Below the pieces are notes generated by a model that saw only the letters and a list, made by a program, of their open reading frames with translations, was not told the origin of the DNA and searched no databases. From Bdellovibrionales bacterium (GTDB taxonomy: Bacteria; Bdellovibrionota; Bdellovibrionia; Bdellovibrionales; JAMPXM01): a DNA stretch of 21,441 nucleotides. A program made the position numbers and the translations under genes. The stretch's first letter is position 1, and each line of letters starts with the position of its first letter. The stretch spans positions 1-21,441 of the forward strand of contig JAYUEN010000064.1 of the NCBI GenBank assembly GCA_043739185.1, in the 5' to 3' direction. This document shows, piece by piece, positions 11,530-18,954 of the stretch.

Positions 11530-12056
11530 CAGGTATCCTGAAAAATTCTGCTGCCAACTGATTTTTTTTGCCCTTGGTATTTGCCACGATATGGATTGAG
11601 AGTTGCTTGATCCATTTTGCAGAAGACAAGTTGGCAAATTCGGCGGCCGGCTTGCAATTGAATTGGCAAAGAGTTGGCATTGTAAAGCTCTAGCGTGATT
11701 CGGCCCTCAAAGCCGGGATCGACCCAGCCAGCGTTTTGAATAAACAATCCCATGCGACCAATTGAGCTCCGGCCCTCTACAAAAGCGGTTAGATCATTTG
11801 GTAGTTTCACGTATTCCATTGTGGTCGCGAGCAAAAAAGAATGCGGAGGAAGAGTTATAGTTTCGCCTTCGTACTCGCGATACTTAATTTCTGAATCCAT
11901 TGAAATAAGATTCATATTGAAATCTTCAATTAACAGAAAATGCGTACCGAGGCGACAATCAATCGAAGCCGGTTGAATGGACTCTGGGGTTGTTGGTTCA
12001 ACCACCAGAGTCTGCTTAGATAACATTTCTCTTAATGTAATATCAGATAAGATCAC
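11529..12056 (-). CDS. dcd: dCTP deaminase (probably dUMP-forming bifunctional DCD:DUT type)
   Basis: [46 protein letters not shown] and PYRGKYQGQ. The GTG start overlaps the fusA stop (GTGA). Confidence 0.95.
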   Translation of the reverse strand: MILSDITLREMLSKQTLVVEPTTPESIQPASIDCRLGTHFLLIEDFNMNLISMDSEIKYREYEGETITLPPHSFLLATTMEYVKLPNDLTAFVEGRSSIGRMGLFIQNAGWVDPGFEGRITLELYNANSLPIQLQAGRRICQLVFCKMDQATLNPYRGKYQGQKKSVGSRIFQDT

Positions 12057-14161
12057 TTTTGCTCAGCCGCTCGTTTTTCAAGATACTTTTTGTGGAGTTC
12101 ATCTTGAATCCCTTTTGGCATGGCTGCGTATTTCGCAAATTCCATTGTGAATTCGCCCTTACCTTGAGTCGCACTTCGCAGATCGGTTGAGTAACCGAAC
12201 ATTTCAGTCAAAGGAACTTCAGCAGTAACGGTTACGGTTCCTTCGATGGTTGAAGTTCCCATGATAATTCCGCGGCGTTGATTGATTTGACCCATTACAG
12301 AGCCCTGAAATTCTTCTGGAGCGGTGGTCTCGAGCTTCATGATGGGCTCAAGTGCGGTTGGACTTGCCTTTTCATAAGCCTGTCTCATCGCGGCCATCGC
12401 ACAAATTCTAAATGCCATTTCAGATGAATCGACATCATGATAAGAGCCGTCTGTTAGAACGCACTTGACGCCAACAATTGGGAATCCAATCAGAGTACCC
12501 TTTGCCATTTGCTCTTTGAAGCCCTTATCAACTGCAGGAATAAATTCACGAGGAATTCTTCCGCCGACGACTTTGTTTTCGAAAAGATAAGTATGATCGC
12601 CATCAACTGGTAGCGGTTCAATACGTCCGACCACCTTCGCAAATTGACCTGATCCACCCGTTTGCTTTTTGTGAGTATAGTCGTAATCAGCTGCAGCCCC
12701 AATCGTTTCACGGTAGGCAACCTGTGGCTTACCAGCGATTACTTCGCAAGCAAATTCACGCTTCATGCGCTCAATATAAACTTCAAGATGCAACTCGCCC
12801 ATTCCGGAAATAATTGTTTCGCTGGACTCCTCATCACGATGAACACGGAAAGTAGGATCTTCTTTTCTAAATTTTTGAAGTGCTTTAGAAAAGTTTGCTG
12901 CGCCCTCTTTTAATTTTGGAGCAACCGCAAGAGAGATTACGGCATCAGGAACGTGCATTGAAGTCATTGCGTAGTTGAGTTGTCCATCTGTGAAAGTATC
13001 ACCAGAAGAACAATCGACTCCAAAGAGAGCGATAATATCACCAGCAGATGCTTGTTCGATATCAGTCATTTCTTCAGAGTGCATTTTTACCAGGCGTGGA
13101 ACTTTTACTTTTCGCTGGTTGCCAACGTTTGTGATGAAATCACCTTTCTTCAAAGTTCCCTGATAGATGCGCATATAAGTCAGCTGACCGTAACGGCCGT
13201 CTTCGAGCTTAAACGCGTAGCCGACGAAGGGTGCTTTTGCATCGACTTGTATTGGCACTTTTTCTTCTTCTTTATCTAGATTCAAAGCTTCGTTTGTTAC
13301 TTGAGTTGGATTTGGAAGATAATCAGCAACACCATCTAATAGCTTTTGAACGCCACGATTTTTATATGCCGATCCGCAAAATACGGGAGTGAGTTGAAGA
13401 GTCAGACAACCTTTGCGAACGGCTTCTTTTAGTTCCGCTTCAGTTGGTTCTTCTTCATTCAAGAATTTTTCACCAACGATATCGTCGAAGTCAGCCGCTT
13501 TGCCGATGAGCTCATGACGATACTCTTTTGCTTGATCCATAAATTCGGCAGGGATGTCCTTTTCGATAACATTTTCGCCGTCTTCACCTTCGTTATAATA
13601 AGCTTTCATTTTAACGAGATCGATCACGCCTTTAATTTGATCTTCGAGACCAATTGGAATTTGCATCATCACAGCATTGTGACGAAGTTTTTCTCTTAAA
13701 GCGCCGAGGACGCGAAATGGATTCGCGCCAGAACGATCTAATTTGTTAATAAATGCAACGCGGGGAACATGATATCTGCGCATTTGTCTGTCCACAGTGA
13801 TCGACTGTGATTGAACGCCCGAAACTCCGCAAAGTACGAGAATGGCTCCATCTAAAACGCGAAGGGACCTCTCAACTTCGATGGTGAAATCTACGTGGCC
13901 GGGAGTATCGATGATATTAATAATAATATCTTTCCAGAAAACGTTGGTTGCTGCTGACTTAATTGTGATCCCTTTTTCACGTTCAAGCTCCATGGAGTCC
14001 ATCTTAGCGCCGACGCCGTCTTTTCCGCGCACTTCATGAATCGCATGAATCCGGCCAGTGTAAAAGAGAATGCGCTCAGTAAGAGTCGTCTTACCTGAGT
14101 CGATGTGAGCCGAAATTCCGATGTTGCGTGCCCTTTGTAAATCCCATTCTGTCGATGCCAT
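12053..14161 (-). CDS. fusA: Elongation factor G (spdEFG1/mtEFG1-type, outside the str operon)
   Basis: [67 protein letters not shown] and [17 protein letters not shown]; 702 aa. Confidence 0.98.
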   Translation of the reverse strand: MASTEWDLQRARNIGISAHIDSGKTTLTERILFYTGRIHAIHEVRGKDGVGAKMDSMELEREKGITIKSAATNVFWKDIIINIIDTPGHVDFTIEVERSLRVLDGAILVLCGVSGVQSQSITVDRQMRRYHVPRVAFINKLDRSGANPFRVLGALREKLRHNAVMMQIPIGLEDQIKGVIDLVKMKAYYNEGEDGENVIEKDIPAEFMDQAKEYRHELIGKAADFDDIVGEKFLNEEEPTEAELKEAVRKGCLTLQLTPVFCGSAYKNRGVQKLLDGVADYLPNPTQVTNEALNLDKEEEKVPIQVDAKAPFVGYAFKLEDGRYGQLTYMRIYQGTLKKGDFITNVGNQRKVKVPRLVKMHSEEMTDIEQASAGDIIALFGVDCSSGDTFTDGQLNYAMTSMHVPDAVISLAVAPKLKEGAANFSKALQKFRKEDPTFRVHRDEESSETIISGMGELHLEVYIERMKREFACEVIAGKPQVAYRETIGAAADYDYTHKKQTGGSGQFAKVVGRIEPLPVDGDHTYLFENKVVGGRIPREFIPAVDKGFKEQMAKGTLIGFPIVGVKCVLTDGSYHDVDSSEMAFRICAMAAMRQAYEKASPTALEPIMKLETTAPEEFQGSVMGQINQRRGIIMGTSTIEGTVTVTAEVPLTEMFGYSTDLRSATQGKGEFTMEFAKYAAMPKGIQDELHKKYLEKRAAEQK

Positions 14162-14212
14162 GAAATACCTTTCCGAAAAGCGCTAATAATTAGTGGTTAA
14201 AGTAAGGCTCTT

Positions 14213-14241
14213 GTTCTAAGTAAAAGTTGGTGCTCCGTCAA
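14213..14241 (-). promoter_or_regulatory. Possible sigma70 promoter for fusA-dcd
   Basis: The minus strand reads TTGACG-N17-TAGAAC about 50 bp upstream of the fusA ATG; the -10 lacks the conserved last T. Confidence 0.3.
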
Positions 14242-14441
14242 GCCCTGATGAAAGCTCAGACCAGAATAAATTTGGTCGTTTAGCTCGGGAAACCTGTGGC
14301 GCGGGCGGTGCCCCCTACGGACTTGAATTAGAGCCCTCCCTTTGTCTAATTTTTTTCGAAATCAAGTACAGCCTTATTCGGAAGCGAAGAAGCTTGATAC
14401 CCTGTTGTAGAACTGCGCAACTCTCTGAAAAAGGTGGGATT

Positions 14442-15305
14442 ATGTGTCGATTTTTAGCTTATAAGGGGCAGCCGCTTTTAATGGATGAGTTATTGTATAA
14501 ACCCAAGAATTCACTCATCAAACAAAGTGCGATGGCCCATGAATCTGAAGAGCCGCTCAATGGGGATGGCTTTGGAATTGGGTGGTATGATAAGCGCCTC
14601 GATACGGATCCTGGACTATTTGTGAGTGTTCGGCCGGCCTGGAATGATCGAAACTTGCGCTCAATTGCGAAAAAAATTGTGAGCCCATGTATCTTTGCAC
14701 ACGTCAGGGCCGCAAGTATGGGTGATGTATCGGAATCGAACTGCCATCCATTTCATTTTAAAAATATAATGTTTATGCACAATGGAAGTGTCGGCGGATT
14801 TCACCATATAAAGAGATTTGTTCGCCGTCTGCTCTCAGATGAAGTTTACGAATGGATTCGAGGCCAAACGGATTCGGAGCACTTATTTGCACTTTTTTTA
14901 GAAAATCTTAAGAAGAAAAAATACACTCGTACCTCGAGCGAAAATATGGCGGAGATTTTGATTGCAACAATCAAACAAATTGAAAAAATTAAAAAGGCCA
15001 ATAAAATTCGCGAAACTTCTTATATCAATGTTTGCATTACTGATGGTGATCATATTGTAGCCATTCGCTATGTTTCAAATAAACGAGAAAAGGCGCCGAC
15101 GCTTTATTATTCGGCCGGTGGCAAATACCATTGTAAAAAAGGCGTATGTCATCTCGAAAATTCGATTTCCAAGCACGATCACTCGGTGCTCATTGTTTCT
15201 GAAAAACTCACCAATAATGTTGAGGATTGGAATCAGATTCCTACCAATCATGTATTGATCGTGAGCAATGATTTGAGTGTCGAAGTGCGACCTGTTAAGA
15301 TTTAG
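14442..15305 (+). CDS. Class II glutamine amidotransferase / Ntn hydrolase (EgtC/YafJ/DUG3-like)
   Basis: ATG at 14442 gives MCRFLAY with the N-terminal Cys nucleophile; NGDGFGIGWY, PAWNDRNL, AHVRAAS, NCHPF, MHNG, GQTDSEH and SEKL. Confidence 0.92.
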   Translation: MCRFLAYKGQPLLMDELLYKPKNSLIKQSAMAHESEEPLNGDGFGIGWYDKRLDTDPGLFVSVRPAWNDRNLRSIAKKIVSPCIFAHVRAASMGDVSESNCHPFHFKNIMFMHNGSVGGFHHIKRFVRRLLSDEVYEWIRGQTDSEHLFALFLENLKKKKYTRTSSENMAEILIATIKQIEKIKKANKIRETSYINVCITDGDHIVAIRYVSNKREKAPTLYYSAGGKYHCKKGVCHLENSISKHDHSVLIVSEKLTNNVEDWNQIPTNHVLIVSNDLSVEVRPVKI

Positions 15306-15307
15306 CA

Positions 15308-16819
15308 ATGCAATCTGAAAAGAAATACTCGGGATTGAGCCTTGAAAAAGCACGTTTGTGTTTAGCCGAGGTGTTTGGGCACGCGCAATTCAGGGGACTG
15401 CAAGAGCCTGTCATTGAAGATTTGCTACTGCAAAAAAATATTTTGTTGCTCATGCCTACCGGGATGGGGAAGAGCTTGTGTTATCAATTGCCAGCCAGAG
15501 TTTTTTCAGACTTGGGCGGCCTAACAGTTGTGGTTTCACCATTAATTGCGCTCATGAAAGATCAAGTTGATGCGTTGATTCAAAAAAAGTTTCGTGTTTG
15601 TTTTATAAACTCTTCTCTCGAAGCTGGAGAAAAAAAATCACGTTATAAAAAGCTAGCACGCCGTGAATATGAAATAATTTATATCACGCCCGAACGATTT
15701 CGAAATTCTGAGTTTTGTGAAGCCCTTGCTCAGAATGAAGTGGCGCTCTTTGCAATCGATGAAGCGCATTGTATTTCGAGTTGGGGACATGATTTCAGGC
15801 CCGACTATTCGCGATTGGGGGAGATTCGTAAACAACTGGGAAACCCTCTCACGATAGCGCTTACAGCCACTGCGACCCCCGCTGTGCAAAAGGACATTAT
15901 AGCTCAATTGCATCTTGAAGAAGGCAATGGTTTAGCGGTTCACGATGCGGGCCTTGAGCGTAAGAATCTTGCGATTTCAGTTATTGACCTGTATGGACTG
16001 GATCAAAAAGTCCAGGCGTTTGTGGCATTCAAACATTTGTCGCCCGGGCCCACCATTGTTTATTTTTCTTTGATTGATAGTCTAGAGAAATTTTCTGAAC
16101 AGCTGTCGAAACTTAATATTCCGCACTTAACTTACCATGGGCAAATGTCGGCGAGAGAGCGCTCTCGCACACAAAATATTTTCTTAAAATCGGCACCGGA
16201 AAACTTGGGAAGCGAATTGATATTGGCCACGCCAGCTTTTGGATTGGGGATTGACAAGGAAAACATACGAAGTATTTTTCACGCAGAGATCCCCGGATCA
16301 CTTGAAGCCTATTATCAGGAAATAGGGCGCGCAGGTCGTGATGGCAATATTTCAAATTGTTATCTGCTCTTTGATCAAGAAGATTTAAGTATTCAAATGG
16401 ATTTCGTAAAATGGGCCCATCCTGATCCGGGCTTTATTCAAGCGCTTTTCAATTTGCTTCAGCGAAACCTAGCGAGAGTCAAAGCTGAGGGTTTGGATTA
16501 TCTTCGGACGCAGCTTAATTTTTATAACCGGCGTGATTTTCGGGTTGAGACGGCTTTGAATCAGCTCGAGAGGTGGGAGTGTATTTCAAGTGTAAATACA
16601 AGGGAGCTCAACATTTTGTCAGCACCTCCGGCTGAGTTTTTAGCTGCGGAAACTCATGAGAGTTTTCTTAAGAATCAAAATCAAAAATTGCTCGAAATTC
16701 TGCAGTTTGCACAGCTTCCGATGGGCTGCCGAATCCAGCAAATCAAAAAATATTTTTCTTATGATCTTGGCGAAATTTGCGAAATTTGTGATTTGTGTTT
16801 GAGGAGGAAGTCTCCTTGA
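15308..16819 (+). CDS. recQ: RecQ family ATP-dependent DNA helicase (short form, no HRDC apparent)
   Basis: MPTGMGKSLCYQLPA, SPLIALMKDQV, DEAHCISSWGHDFRPDY, ALTATAT, AFGLGIDK, YYQEIGRAGRDG, and a C-terminal Zn motif CR...YF...CEICDLC. Confidence 0.93.
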   Translation: MQSEKKYSGLSLEKARLCLAEVFGHAQFRGLQEPVIEDLLLQKNILLLMPTGMGKSLCYQLPARVFSDLGGLTVVVSPLIALMKDQVDALIQKKFRVCFINSSLEAGEKKSRYKKLARREYEIIYITPERFRNSEFCEALAQNEVALFAIDEAHCISSWGHDFRPDYSRLGEIRKQLGNPLTIALTATATPAVQKDIIAQLHLEEGNGLAVHDAGLERKNLAISVIDLYGLDQKVQAFVAFKHLSPGPTIVYFSLIDSLEKFSEQLSKLNIPHLTYHGQMSARERSRTQNIFLKSAPENLGSELILATPAFGLGIDKENIRSIFHAEIPGSLEAYYQEIGRAGRDGNISNCYLLFDQEDLSIQMDFVKWAHPDPGFIQALFNLLQRNLARVKAEGLDYLRTQLNFYNRRDFRVETALNQLERWECISSVNTRELNILSAPPAEFLAAETHESFLKNQNQKLLEILQFAQLPMGCRIQQIKKYFSYDLGEICEICDLCLRRKSP

Positions 16820-17475
16820 AATTTCCAGATCCAAAATTGGCGAGAGAAGATGGGCTACTTTGTTGGGGTGGCGAGCTAGACGCTGAGACTTTGCTCGAGG
16901 CGTATTCTATTGGAGTTTTTCCTTGGCCTCAAGAAAACTATCCACTACTTTGGTTTTCACCGCCACAAAGAGGAATTATTGATTTTAGTGAGTTTCACAT
17001 TTCAAAGAGGTTGCAAAAGGATTTGAATGCGGCGCCATTTGAAGTGAGTATTGATCGCGCTTTTGAGCAGGTTATTTCAAGCTGCCAAAGTATTAAAAGA
17101 TCACATGAAAAAGGGACTTGGATCACCCAAGATATGTTGAGCGCTTATTTGAAGTTACACGAATTGGGATACAGTCACAGTGTAGAGTGTTGGCAAAATG
17201 AAAGCTTAGTGGGTGGCTTATATGGGGTTTTCATCGGCGGCGTATTTAGCGGTGAAAGTATGTTTTTCATTGAAGACAATGCGAGTAAATATTGTTTGAT
17301 TAAGTTGGTCGAGTTTCTCAAAACCTTGTCCCTAACGTGGATCGACACACAAATGGTTACTCCACTTGTCAAAAACTTCGGAGGCAAGTACATTGATCGT
17401 GAAGATTTTTTACAACGCATCAAGAAGGCCGATAAGAAGGTAAAATGGCCAAAACGCTTGATAAAGAAGAGATGA
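16816..17475 (+). CDS. aat: Leucyl/phenylalanyl-tRNA--protein transferase
   Basis: GLLCWGGELD...LLEAYSIGVFPW, WFSPPQRG, GTWIT, HSVECW, LVGGLYGV, FSGESMF and DNASK. The likely start is TTG at 16816 after SD GAGGAGG, overlapping the recQ stop. Confidence 0.95.
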   Translation: MKFPDPKLAREDGLLCWGGELDAETLLEAYSIGVFPWPQENYPLLWFSPPQRGIIDFSEFHISKRLQKDLNAAPFEVSIDRAFEQVISSCQSIKRSHEKGTWITQDMLSAYLKLHELGYSHSVECWQNESLVGGLYGVFIGGVFSGESMFFIEDNASKYCLIKLVEFLKTLSLTWIDTQMVTPLVKNFGGKYIDREDFLQRIKKADKKVKWPKRLIKKR

Positions 17476-17981
17476 TGATCAAACCCGGAAAACTGCATAT
17501 TCAAAAAAATAGCTACGTTACTCTCACTTATAAGCTATGCAATTCGCAATATAAGACGATAGAGGAGAGAACAGCTACGGACCCGCTAATTTTTCTTCAA
17601 GGCTATGGTCAACTTTTGCCTGCAGTGGAGTTAGCGATTGAAGGACAGGTAAGCGGATTTTCAACCAGTCTAAAAATTACTCCTGATCAGGCATATGGAA
17701 TTTATCAAAATGAATTGGTGAGCCAGGTGCCGAGAAGTCAGTTCGCGGCCAATCTAGATCTTAAGATTGGCATGAAATTCGATACAATTGGGCCCAGCGG
17801 TCAGCCGGTTGTTGTTCGTATCATAAGCATCGAAGATAATTTGATCACCCTCGACGGAAATCATCCGCTAGCAGGCCAAGAACTGATTTTTGAGCTCAAT
17901 ATTTTGTCCGTTCGTCAAGCAACCCAGGAAGAGCTTGAAGAAATCACTCAAGGAATGGCTCCCGGAAATCAATTGCACTAA
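17472..17981 (+). CDS. slyD: FKBP-type peptidyl-prolyl cis-trans isomerase, SlyD-like
   Basis: VTLTYKL, PLIFLQGYGQLLPAVE, PDQAYG and LDGNHPLAGQELIFELNILSVRQATQEEL. ATG at 17472 overlaps the aat stop. Confidence 0.9.
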   Translation: MMIKPGKLHIQKNSYVTLTYKLCNSQYKTIEERTATDPLIFLQGYGQLLPAVELAIEGQVSGFSTSLKITPDQAYGIYQNELVSQVPRSQFAANLDLKIGMKFDTIGPSGQPVVVRIISIEDNLITLDGNHPLAGQELIFELNILSVRQATQEELEEITQGMAPGNQLH

Positions 17982-18001
17982 ACGAAAAGGTTTTAATTAA
18001 A

Positions 18002-18601
18002 ATGAGCGAACTTAAATTGCCGAATGCTCCAATTGCAGCTTTTGAGAAATGGTTACAGCAAGCTGTATCCGCTGGTTGTAGTGAACCAACTGCAATGACA
18101 CTTGCGACCGCATCGAAATTAGGCGTGCCTTCTGCCCGAATCGTTTTGTTCAAGGGTTTGCGGGGCGAAGCTTTTAGGTTTTTCACAAATTACCAAAGCC
18201 CAAAGGCTCATGATTTAATTGAGAATCCAATAGCTAGTTTGGTTTTCTTTTGGTCCGCTCAGAGTTTTCAACGCCAGATTCGCGTATTCGGAAGCATTGA
18301 AAAATTAAGTGAAAAAGAGTCGACAGAGTACTTTCACTCGCGCGCACGCGGCAGCCAAATAGGTGCATGGGCCTCACCTCAAAGTCAAAAAGTAAAAAGT
18401 CGAGAGGCACTTGAGGAATTCATCAAAGAATATGAAAAAAAATTTGATGGCAAGACTGTCGACCGGCCTCCCTACTGGGGAGGTTTTGTGCTCAATCCAG
18501 AAAAGATCGAGTTTTGGGAGGGGCGAGAGTTTCGTGTCCATGAGCGCTTTTTGTTTGAAAAAATAAATTCAAATTGGATAAAAAATCGCCTTGCGCCTTG
18601 A
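18002..18601 (+). CDS. pdxH: Pyridoxine/pyridoxamine 5'-phosphate oxidase
   Basis: EPTAMTLAT, PSARIVLFKG, FFTNYQSPK, RQIRV, YFHSRARGSQIGAWASPQS, RPPYWGG, IEFWEGR...HER and RLAP C-terminus. Confidence 0.97.
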   Translation: MSELKLPNAPIAAFEKWLQQAVSAGCSEPTAMTLATASKLGVPSARIVLFKGLRGEAFRFFTNYQSPKAHDLIENPIASLVFFWSAQSFQRQIRVFGSIEKLSEKESTEYFHSRARGSQIGAWASPQSQKVKSREALEEFIKEYEKKFDGKTVDRPPYWGGFVLNPEKIEFWEGREFRVHERFLFEKINSNWIKNRLAP

Positions 18602-18906
18602 TTTCAAGGCAGCCTTTAAAATGTTGAGAATTTCAGAGTCTGGCATTCAGAATTCGGGTAAATGCAACAGGTTCAGAATCAGAGTCTGCGTCCCATACTG
18701 AGACCGAAACTGCTAAGCAGTTGACAACTGCTGCCGCCACGAAAACTGATTTAAAATTTACAGATATAACCAGACCAACAATAGAGAAGGGGAGCCTCGG
18801 AGAAGTTTGAAATTCCAATTCAAGGCGTAAGTGTTTTACAAAAAATGTCACTCCCTTCAAAATAATTCACGTGTAAGTGATACAAAGTTCCCCGAATCGA
18901 AATAAA

Positions 18907-18922
18907 TGGCACTTTTACTGCT
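18907..18922 (+). promoter_or_regulatory. Candidate sigma54 (-24/-12) promoter of the 793-aa secreted protein gene
   Basis: TGGCACTTTTACTGCT: perfect TGGCAC -24 box and exact GG-N10-GC spacing, about 33 bp before the ATG. Confidence 0.6.
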
Positions 18923-18954
18923 TTGTAGTTCTTCATAATAATAAGGAGAACTTT

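Noticed and set aside
14245..14312. Hammerhead ribozyme suggested by CTGATGA...GAAAC
   Set aside because: Stem II does not close directly onto GAAA, and no stem III with an NUH cleavage triplet plus stem I can be built.
18595..18610. GCCTTG-ATTT-CAAGGC hairpin at the pdxH stop as an intrinsic terminator
   Set aside because: The stem is short, overlaps the stop codon and lacks an immediate U-tract, so it is too weak to call.
18660..18720. c-di-GMP-I or TPP riboswitch suggested by minus-strand GGGACGCA and GAACCTG
   Set aside because: The remaining conserved elements (GCAAA...GAAA; CTGAGA...ACCC...GATC) are absent or out of order, and no downstream gene lies on that strand.
18633..18860. 75-aa minus-strand ORF
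   Set aside because: It has a TTG start without a clear SD, no recognisable motif, and overlaps the likely regulatory region of the downstream gene.
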